NCBI GenBank assembly: GCA_964035545.1
Contig: OZ037767.1
Span: 1,127,680 to 1,191,679 of the forward strand
DNA: 64,000 nt
From: Bugula neritina
Lineage: Eukaryota; Animalia; Bryozoa
Direction of reading: 5' to 3'
In this document: positions 53,801 through 64,000 of the stretch, one piece after another
How positions within the stretch are numbered: position 1 is the stretch's first letter
How the letters are laid out: every line of letters starts with the position of its first letter
Program-made: the position numbers and the translations under genes
The notes under the pieces: generated by a model
What the model was told of the DNA's origin: nothing
Databases searched by the model: none
The model's input: only the letters and a program-made list of their open reading frames with translations

Positions 53801-54812
53801 CTACCCAGTCTCTGACTACCTACAAAATCATAACCTTCAAGTTTAAAAAATTATACTACTCATAGTCTACTAATATACTACTCATAGTCTACTAATATAC
53901 TACTCATAGTCTATAAATATGCTACTCATGCCTGCTATATCTTGTTTTATCGAATATAGCATACAATAATATTCTTGTTCGCCCAACTCCGCACTTAGTG
54001 TTGTATTCTATGCTAACACACGTCTGCTAACACACGTCTGCTAACACAACCTCTACTCAGTACTCACACTCCTTGTAGGCATACTCTGTACACAAGATAG
54101 AGCTCACGTGGGACTCAGAAGTAGTAAGCCTATTAGCTAAGGGTTTTGATATTCACTACGGAGCACGCTCCATCATATACGAAGTTGAGAGAAAGGTATA
54201 CAGTTTGCTTTGTGGCATATGATGTCATGTTTATTTTCTTGTTTTTAAGTTATATGTACTGCTGGTATAAAGTTGATGACTTTTGAGTTTATTTTTTATT
54301 TTTATTCGGCTCTTGTGTATAATATATAATTATATTATAGTAAAATGAGTGTTTATAAAACGTTACTAGAGTGCTCTATAGAAATAAATCTAGAGCATAA
54401 ACATTAGAAGAAGTAAAATGAGATTTGATTAATATAATGGCATTTATTACTAGTAGTTTCGTACACAAGAACGATGTGCACTCGTCAGATAAATTAGCCA
54501 CTATGATTGCTAGTGGCTAATTTATCTGACGAGTGCACATCGTTCTTGTGTACGAAACTACTAGTAATAAATGCCATTATATTAATCAAATCTCATTTTA
54601 CTTCTTCTAATTATATTATATATAGTATTAATATATTATTATAATTTTATTTCTTTTTAATATTTTATGAACAGGTTATTGGAAAGTTGGCTTCCCTCCA
54701 GGAAATTCAAAAGATTGGTGCTAAAGACAAGCTGCACCTCAGCATACGTAACCATGACATCATCATTGAGAAACTAAACTCTAGCGGAAAGTTCAGTCCA
54801 GTTTCGAATTGA
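47820..54812 (+). CDS. CLPB: Mitochondrial ankyrin-repeat AAA+ disaggregase (Skd3), multi-exon
   Basis: Basic targeting-like N-terminus; ankyrins ([22 protein letters not shown]); RRRFPLE..L; Walker A GSSGIGKT; [10 protein letters not shown]; GAPPGYVG; Walker [15 protein letters not shown]; EFLGRINE; HYGARSI; stop at 54810-54812; start codon tentative. Confidence 0.94.
50264..50412. repeat. 29-bp intronic tandem repeat
   Basis: GTGTGACTCAGCTGTTACCTGACAAATGA x5. Confidence 0.9.
50631..50914. repeat. 64-bp intronic tandem repeat
   Basis: About 4.4 units of CTGTATTATATACT..AACATG..AAACTATACAAT. Confidence 0.9.
51317..53928. repeat. 22-bp minisatellite (TACTACTCATAGTCTACTAATA) split by a LINE
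   Basis: About 7 units at 51317-51474 and about 3 at 53855-53928, same orientation. Confidence 0.9.
51475..53852 (-). mobile_element. Non-LTR retrotransposon ORF2 fragment (APE endonuclease + RT; CR1/L2-like)
   Basis: [22 protein letters not shown] (endonuclease); [35 protein letters not shown] (RT); one frameshift in the T-run at about 52529-52535. Confidence 0.92.
54403..54611. repeat. Perfect inverted repeat with 101-bp arms and a 7-nt loop, in the last CLPB intron
   Basis: 54403-54503 is the reverse complement of 54511-54611; loop TGATTGC. Confidence 0.93.
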
Positions 54813-56406
54813 GTTCATGTTTAGTTGTAATACTGACCTGAGAGAGAATTCCTGTATGTTATAGTATTAGTGTGAAGTTATACGGGTATTATATTTATTA
54901 AGGGAATACTCAAGGTTTAATTGGAATGGCATAATTTCGTCTTTTATGTTCCATCCCATCTGTCAAGTCTCTCATTATCTAATAAAGAAAAAGTTGCTAA
55001 ATGAATGCTAGGGTTTCTTCTTGCTTGGCATCACTGAAACAGCTGACCGACTTATTTACCTCGGACTTAGCAGCCTAATTCTTGACTGTAGGTAGGTGGA
55101 AGTAGTGTTCAGCAAGTTGTCCTTCAACAAGGATGAAATCCACAGTGTCCTTTACTAAGCAAGCAGTTGTACTGGCTCATTAAATCTCACTAATGTCTTC
55201 AGTATTATCTGTCTGGAATATAGAATAGCTATTTGTTAATACATTATCAATGATTGGTGGTAAATAATCAGCACTAGGCTAGCCTTGAAATCTTTAGTCT
55301 TATTGTTTTCCTTGCACTTTTTTTCTATTCTCTTACAATTAGTTGGTTATAAGCTCAAGCTTATAGCATTGTGCTGTATGTATGGCGGCAACTTAATAGA
55401 AAGGTGTATACAGGTGTCAAAACCCAGAAAGCCCTGGCCCTATATACAAGATGTGAATTTATGGTTGTTTGATTTTATAATGATTTATTTTGTTTTATAG
55501 TATGAAACATGGATAAACAGCTGAGCTAGACTAAAAAATTTTATTATGTTGTGTGTGTTTCATAAGCCTCCGTATTTTTACTAAAAATTGGAATGGAAAA
55601 CCTTAGACTTCAACAGATTATTTCATTCATGAGCTTTTTATCTTAATGTTTATTAATAAAGACATTTTTGAGTTTTTTAATTTTGAAAACCTAAGTATAC
55701 ATGTTTCAGACAAAAAAATCAGACAATCTTTATGGTAACTGACCTTTCTGATTTGAGTAGTGATTTAAACACTACAGTCCTACAAAATATGTAAGGTTTA
55801 GTATTTCAGCTCAATATAGCAAAACTAGCAAGTCCGCTGTAGCTTGCACAAGTTTACCTACCTATTCAATATATTTACCTGCATATTCAAATATATTTAC
55901 CTACCTATTCAATATATTTCCCTGCCTGCGTGTTGAATTTGCTCACTTGAGGTTTTAATGTCATTAAGTATATAGTTTTAAGCTACATAGACTGTTGCAA
56001 TGAAGTTGTGTGTGAAATCTGAGATACGTTCAGAATACGTTAGAGTATCCAAGCACTTGCTGACATGTGACACCTGATAACCATGTGACAGTGTAACCAT
56101 GGAAACAGCCGATAGTGGAAAGTTTATCCACTGAAGCAGGCCTTGATCTTTGTAATTGAGTTTTAAAAAGCCCAGCTAGATTAGGTAGTTGGTAGTTAGG
56201 TTGTTAGCATTTTGTTTACTTATTTCTCCATTAGTACCATTTCCATGTATTTAATTTATTTGTATTAATCTTATCATTTGTCATTTATAGTTATTTTTGT
56301 TCAATATATTTCTTGTTAAGTGTTAAATAACCAACGAGTCGTTGCCTTTTTTAGGCTGTTCTTCCAGTGCGTTGTCAATTTGTATATTGTCTAGGTGTCT
56401 CAATAT

Positions 56407-56770
56407 ATGCAACTCGTGTCTAGTCTGGGGTGTTACTGCTTCTTGTAAGTGTCTGTAGGTGAACAGTTAGACATGTGGCACATCCTGGTGTCTCATGGTA
56501 CTATGTTTCTCATTTGTAATGTATTTATAGTACAAGTATATTATTCTCAATATGCCCATTATATTACTAAGTTAATTTCCTTTCCTTTAAAATAATTTTA
56601 ATTATTCATGCGTGCACAGACGAAGGCACACTCACACACACGCTCACACACTCAAACACACACACTCCCTCAAACTCACACACTCCCTCAAACTCACACA
56701 CTCCCTCAAACTCACACACTCACCACACACACACACTCGCACACACCACACACACACTCACACACACACT

Positions 56771-56802
<32 letters not shown>

Positions 56803-57069
56803 TCACACACACGCACACACTCACACACACACACTCACACACACACACACACACACTCACACACACACACTCGCACACACACGGACACTCACACACATAT
56901 CGCACACACGCGCGCACACACACTCACACACACGCGCACACACACTCACACACGCACACATTCACACACACTCACACACACACACTCAAACACACTCTCA
57001 CTCAAACTCACACACACACTCACTCAAACTCACACACATGCGCACACACACACGGACACTCACACACAT

Positions 57070-57104
<35 letters not shown>

Positions 57105-60100
57105 CATGTTATAAAAGCAGCCAGACCAGGTGTCGATTTTCTAGTCTTTAGAGATTTGAAGCAAACCTCTCTTTTTGACCGGCTGCTAGCGAAATAATGG
57201 ATCAGTTCCGCAATAATCTCCCAATCAATTGCCAGTTTGGGGTGATGAATGACCGTAGCAGCAGACAAGCATCATATAAAAGAGTTGGAATATGGCATTG
57301 CAGTCACATTAAATTGAAAGATGAAGTTATCAGGCAGGCAGATGCTATTTGCTGTTTTATTGTGAGAATAATATTATCAAAATACATAATAATGTTTTTA
57401 TGTTATAAGTTTGTATCTTTCAAAACTGGGTAAAATTAAATTTAAAAAAGCTGTGTTAATATCAAATATCATTGTTGAAATTTTGAACTTTACTCCAACC
57501 TTCTTAAAGAACTAGTAAATGTTAGATCTGAGTTGAGAAAGAATTGGCTGATTATATTATATAAGTTTGTAATATAACCAATGTGTTTATAATATATTTT
57601 TAGTTTCATCTCGCTGACAGTAAGGTATGCCAAGTCACAGGTGAGTGTTTACTTTCTACTTCCAGGTATTGAAATGCTGAGAAACTTGCAATTTGCATCA
57701 ATTTCTTGTATTAATTTTAGAACTTTTCAATTTATTCAGCTCAAACTAAAATCTGAATCGTTTAAAAAAAAAATAATACCCTATATTCATATGCAAAGAA
57801 ATGTTGGCTTTTTTTAACAGTTTGGTATTTTTGTAAACACTTACGAATTAAACATGTGTTTGTTTTAGAGCGGAGATGGTCTTTTAAAATGTAAGTATAA
57901 TTTGTTTATGATTTGCTTTGTTCAGAAACGCTAATCATCAAATTATTTAATAGCAATTGAGTTCTTCGCAAATTAATCAAGTGTGACTTTAATAATTTGT
58001 TGTGTAATTGTAATTTGCTAGTTGTTATTTATCAATTATATAACTTTTATTTGTTTGGACAAATTATTATAATAACTTTACCGAAATACTTGAAAGCTTG
58101 TTGTTGAATGAGTTAACATGACATTGCTTACCCTGTCTATAGTGGCTGATCGAAAGTTGGCAAATAGTCGAGTGAACATCTTCTTTAGTCATGATTCTAC
58201 ATCAAATAACTTCTTCCCAGCCAGCAGGTAACCAACTACCCTTTAGCAAAGTACAAGCCTTTCCTTTAGTTCACAACTGTGTACTGCTGTATTCTCATTT
58301 ATTTATATCTTGATTTACACTATAGCCTAAATATTAAATTACATGTAACTGTTTCAAACTGAAGGTAAACAAAAATGTGAAACTATTCTTTTATTTAACA
58401 AAAGCAAATTGCAACTTAATGCAAAACTTATACTTCCATAAAACTAAATTTCAAATTATTTTTCCAGTTCCAGGTGTATATATGCGTCAGCCAATAGCAA
58501 GGCCTGCAACTCCCCCTATAGAGAGCCAACTGGCCGTTGTACTACCACAGCTAGTGGCAGGAAGACATGGGGCATGGCTGGAACACCTTTCACCAGAATT
58601 CTCTCGCCAAAATATGAAGACGGTAAAATTTTAGATCTACCATTTCCTTGATATTTTCTTGATATTGGTCAAGTTTTATTATTAAAAATTATATATACTT
58701 TAGTTTAACTCTGCATACATTTTGTAGCAAATGGAAAAAGACAAGTTACGGAGCTGTATTCCAGAAAACCCTTAAAATCCCCTCGATTAATATCCACCAC
58801 TGTTTTTACTACTAATGTCGTTCTAAACTCTGAAGGCATCAGTGCTCACACCATGCAGTGGGGTCAACTTATAGCTCATGAGTTCACCCAACTTTCAGAG
58901 GCAAAGGGTAGGTATTATGGCAGCAAAGTTTCAAAAATGATTCCATCAGTTTATTCCATATTATTCCACGTCAGGTTTACTAACATTGGTGCAAGCATTT
59001 ACTTATATTGTACAATGTTTTATAATGCTGCCAATTTATGCGTCTGAATGCTGAATTACTGTGATTGTGTTTAGCTGACACCTTATGCTGTGCTGACGAG
59101 ATAGCTGAAACCGTTCATGGACGTGGCGCTACAACAGCTCAGATAAACGCTATACGAGACTTGGTGAAGAGGTTTAGAGGAGATATTTGTCAGCAGATTG
59201 AACTATCCAATGACCCGGTCTACAAGGGTCCAATCTGCATGAATAGTGTTAGGTCTAAGTCAGCACCTGAACATAACTGTGCGCGTGGTGAGTCACCATT
59301 TGTTGTTGATCTTTAAGTTGCTATCTGAAAACATGAGAATGTAAAAGTGAATATGTAGTCCCTGTGGTGTCTCAGTAGTCCCTGTGGTGTCTCAGTAGTC
59401 CCTGTGGTGTCTCAGTAGTCCCTGTGGTGTAATGATTGATGCGCCTGTTTGCAAGCTGAAGATTTTGGGCTCAACTCCCAGTAAGGGCAAAAATTTAATA
59501 GAACTAAATTTATAAACAACAGAACACTTTGCTATTCTGGCATATGCCCATGAGATGACATAGGGCTACTTGACTGATTGCCAAAATACTTTGAGTTCAC
59601 CAAGGCTATTCGTTTTCATAATGATCACTCTCCAGCTTTAATAGTCTTCTGATAATACATATTCAACCAGCAGGGAAATACCTGTCACTGCCTCAGGAAA
59701 AAGTTGCTGACTCACCGAATAGTCGCTGCCTGCAGTTTATCACAGAGTTCTTCTTCCAGGTCCTCGACAGCAGCTGAATTCTATCACCCACGTGTTTGAC
59801 GCCTCAAACGTGTACGGCAATTCTCAAGCAGAACTAAATAGACTGAGAGATTCATCAGGAGGTAGACTGAAAACTCAGACTGTGAATGGAGCTTCACTGC
59901 CTCCTCAGGACACCAGAGATTGCTCAGCTAGCAAGCGTAAAGCTAAACGCTGTCCTTTCCTTGGAGGAGACGCTCGTATCAACACTACACGTGAGTCATA
60001 GTATTCATGGTTACCAGTGTTTGTGTGTCAACACTACACGTAAGTCATAGTATCCATGGTTACCAGTGTTTGTGTGCTACTGCCTACTAACTTAGCTCAC

Positions 60101-63100
60101 GCTATGAAATATTTCACAAATAGTGTAATATAACTTACATATTAGTATTCATAACACAACTCAATTACTGTAGGGTCACTTGTTCTACTCTTGTAAAGCT
60201 GTGTATTATGAATTCAACCAATCATAGCTCAGTTTACATATAATTGTAGCCAATCTAATCTCTGCTATCACTGCGTTTATAAACAAGCACAACCAGATTG
60301 CTAAAGGATTGGCTACCCAGAATCCTCACTGGAACAATGAAAAACTTTTCCAGGTATAGTAACACTTCGGTCTGTGTCCTTGAAAATATTGAGGTTTCCT
60401 GATGTTACATAAATAATAGAGTGTATATAAGAAAGTAATTAGCATAACACAGCAAGGAAAAGAGTTTAATAGTTGAATCTTACCTTTTAGAGATATTTTT
60501 ATGATAAATATTTTACAGCACCTGCAATAAGATGTCCAGTCTTACAAGTTAGGAGTTGCTAAATTTTCTAATAAGTCAAAAGTACATGAAGAGCAAAATA
60601 TGATATATTACATTATTATAATATGGAGTGATGCATCACAATATACCATGATATATTATATAATAGAGTATTTGTATTTCAACTACAATGTTAAGTTATG
60701 AAAGTAATAGGTGAAAAATTTCTTCTATCAGGAATTTAAAAAATATTAATAAATAAAATAAACATGTTACAATATATTATAAAGTGGAATGATATAATGT
60801 GACACTATATAACACAGTATATTTTATAGATAATAAATTATTTATGTTTCAACTACAGCTATCTGCCATTTATTGAGAAATAAATTTGCTCTATTTTTAG
60901 GAAACAAGAAAAATCATCTCAGCCATTCAATCTAACATTCACTTCTACGAGTACCTTCCCATAGTTCTTGGGTCAACCATTATGAGAAAGTACAAATTAT
61001 CTTCCTACGCCGGATACGACCGTAACACCAACCCTTCCATTCTGTAAATAATATATAAATAAATAAATAGTTATTAGAAACTGTTTGTGAATGTGTAAAA
61101 CTGCTTTGTTTTATATTTGAAGGACTTTAGATTACCACGCTGTATGATCATAATTTTCTATATGTTTAACTAGGTTGACACTATATTTAAACGTGCATGT
61201 TAAAGTTCAAAAACACTAATACCACTTTCCGTACTGCTTTGTAAAATTTCCAGAAATGAGTTGGCTGGGGCAGCCTTCAGGTTTGGTCACTCTTCTATTG
61301 ACGGATTCTTCACAGTTGTTAAAGATAATGGTCAGTCCGATTTCATTGACTTGAAAGAGAATTTCTTCAACAGTGATTTGATTTATAAAGATGGTAAGAA
61401 AACTCTAGTACTACTTGCAGGGTTCTATCATGGTTACAATGTTACTCTGGCTGCACTAGGTTACCATAGTTACAAGGTTACTAGGTTACCATATAGTCTT
61501 GAAAGTATCTAGCAGATTTTATAAGTTTTACAATATATATTCATCTGCAGGTGTGAAGCAGTGTGCTAAAGGATTGTCTGAAGACAGACCATGGAATGTG
61601 GACAGACATTATCCAAGCCAGGTAACACCTGCTAGTTTATTGCATTATGTAACTTCTGTGTTTAGTGACTAACCAATAACATATTGTCATAATCAATTAG
61701 TGGTTAATCAATATTTACAATTATGTTTGTTAAAATTTTAGATGAGAGACTTCCTTTTTAACAAAAAGCTGGATATCGTGTCCATCAATATAAACCGTGG
61801 AAGAGATCATGGTTTCAGGTCATACGTTGACTACAGGTACGACTAATTTTCAATTTCTTTTATTTCTTAAACATCATTTCTATATTTCTATGGTCAAGGT
61901 ATTTCAATGCTTCACTAGATAAAGCTCTTTCATAGCTGTTTCACCAATATATACCTACTATATTGCTCTACATTTCACTCTCTGTTTTCTGTATTATACA
62001 GCGCCTGCATATTTTTATTATACAGGAAATACTATCGCCTCTCAGTACCTCAATCATGGAAAGATCTAGAAAAGACACACCAAAAAGAGGTCGTGAATCA
62101 ACTGAAGACAGTTTATACAAGTGTCAAGGACGTTGAGCTCTATATAGCAGGTACATGCTGTTATTTGATTGGTCAGTTTTCTGAGGGGAAACTTTATCAA
62201 ATTGAATGATGGGTTATACTTCGTTATTTCAGTTTGTGTTAGAAAAAACACACACTTAATGATATTTTTCAGCTGCACAATTTTCCAAGAAGAAGCCATG
62301 AATCTAAGATTTAGCTTTAAATATAATATTTTTAAATGTTTTCACAGCTCTATTACTGTCGCCCAAATACATGTGTGCTTTTCAATTTTACAGGAATCAC
62401 GGAGAACCCCCTACCTGGAGCTCTGGTCGGTGAGCTGTTTGCAAATATTATTGGTGACGGTTTCTCAAGGTCAAAGAAAGGTGACAGATTCTATTTTGAA
62501 AGTAGCCAGAGTGGATTAACTTCAGGTATGTCAGTACATATGTACTTCCTCTTTTGACTGAACTGTACTCATAATTGAAGACATTAAGGATCAAAAGTCA
62601 TTTACTTATCACAATAAAATCTAAGCAGTGGACGTGTTGAGTTGATAACTAAAGTTTTTTTGGCTTCAAGTCACATTATGTTGTATTTTGAGTGAAAGAT
62701 ACAATCATAAGTGATTAGAGAGCTTCAAGTCATAACTTATATATTATCATCATGTTGTTTTGCAGCTCAAGTTGCTTCAATCAAACGATATACTTATGCC
62801 CAAGTACTTTGCGAGGGACTCAGCATGGATAAGATTGTGAATAAAGTATTCTTCAGGAACGGACAGTAAGTAGCTTTAGTATTATCTGCACACACTTTAT
62901 GAATTCAGCATTGTAATACCACTGTGAATTATATAAATGGATATAAATCTGCAGCACTTGATTGCTATTAAGTTAGTAAAAAGGTAATGCTATGCTTTCT
63001 AAAAGATTTAATGCTCTCAATTAAATACTCAATTGGAATTCTTTACATTTAGTGTTGCATGAAGTTGTATTATTTTATGAATATCTTTTCCTAACAATTT

Positions 63101-64000
63101 GTTTGACTAAACTCATTTGTGTTAACAACTTTTGCTTCAGCAAATGGTGAGGTAGAGGTAGAGGTGTGGCCTTTCTCATCAGGTTGTCTTTATGTTTAGT
63201 GTCATTTACTTTTCTACTTCCTGTTTCACATCTGTCACTTCCTAAATACTGTTATTAACCATTTGCTTAGCATTTTGAGGCTTTGCCTGCAACTGTAAAA
63301 GTAAGTTGCAGATGGTATAACCAAATAACATACTAGGTTTAGCATTCAGCATCTGCATTTCATATTCCTAATGATATGGTTATTCTGTCAATAGAAAAGG
63401 AGCTCGAGAGGTGTCCTGCTCCAGTTTCCCATCTCTAGACTTTAAGTTATGGAAATCTAAAGGAAGCAGTAACAGTAATAGCAAGAAGTGTTATTGGAAG
63501 GTTACAAAAGCAGGCAAATGCTGTCGAGGTATTTATTATAATGTTTTAATATTATATTATAATATTATAATTTTTTAGAATTCAGCAGAACCATCTAGAA
63601 CATGCATAAGTGCAGTACTTTCATCTGAAACCTAAGTAAAATATACAAAATTAAATTGAAGGGTTTAGAACTTTTCTATTATGACAGACATTGTGTCTTG
63701 GCACAGTTTGGTTTATAGGAAAATTGATTAGAGTTACTGCACCAGAATTTTTTCAATGACAATTTCAAAATATTCTAGAATTGTTTTAGTAACTATTTTT
63801 AGCCAAATTTGAAAACTAGCAGCAAGATATTCTATCTAGTTTTGTTCTCCAGACTCTCTGGTTTGATATATGAACTGTAATAAAAAAGCTTTTGCTCTCT
63901 ACAACTTGTAGGACGGCGTCAAGTGTACAGGACGTGTGTCAACGCTAGCAGTTCTTGCCGATGTACAGGTAGAAATCAAACGAGTGAAACCTGCAAAGGT
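56407..64000 (+). CDS. Secreted animal heme peroxidase (peroxinectin/chorion-peroxidase-like), 3' end outside the window
   Basis: Signal peptide from micro-exons 56407-56444, 57604-57640, 57869-57890; YREPTGRC, SPRLIS, MQWGQLIAHE (distal His), RQQLNSITHVFDASNVYG, GGDARIN (distal Arg), FQETRKI, AFRFGHS (proximal His), INRGRDHG, KGDRFYFE. Confidence 0.92.
56628..57102. repeat. Degenerate (CA)n microsatellite in peroxidase intron 1
   Basis: About 470-bp CA/CT-rich tract. Confidence 0.95.
59355..59492 (+). mobile_element. tRNA-derived SINE-like fragment with a triplicated 5' 20-mer
   Basis: GTAGTCCCTGTGGTGT at 59355, 59375, 59395; the last continues as a tRNA-like head with a B-box-like GGGCTCAACTCCC. 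Confidence 0.5.

Noticed and set aside
56608-57268. His/Thr-rich and Cys/Val-rich ORFs
   Set aside because: Translations of a (CA)n microsatellite in an intron

Overview
AT-rich, intron-rich animal (invertebrate) genomic DNA, not prokaryotic. Host genes in order: a PAR-bZIP transcription factor (giant/CES-2/TEF-like, +) surrounded by a cluster of PAR/D-box sites; a gamma-glutamyl transpeptidase (GGT, +); SRBD1/Tex (+); proteasome subunit PSMA3 (-); mitochondrial ankyrin-AAA+ CLPB/Skd3 (+); and a secreted animal heme peroxidase (+) that runs off the window end. The main result is inside the last GGT intron: a 12.8-kb DNA transposon (18895-31692) with CACAGGATAGTTAAGGGCA terminal inverted repeats (TIRs) and a 2-bp target-site duplication (TSD). 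It carries a 16-exon, ~1180-aa divergent DDE transposase with the motif order of the CMC(EnSpm)/Transib/RAG1 group, with only one visible lesion, and a convergent decayed gene that appears to end in a PHD finger. That second gene is broken by a hAT-type element (8-bp TSD), which itself holds a 639-bp MITE of the big element's own family. Other points: a LINE fragment embedded in a minisatellite, a perfect 101-bp-arm hairpin in a CLPB intron, and a peroxidase lacking both heme-ester residues with a TSP1-like tail. All exon models were spliced by eye; family assignments rest on recalled motifs, not database searches.
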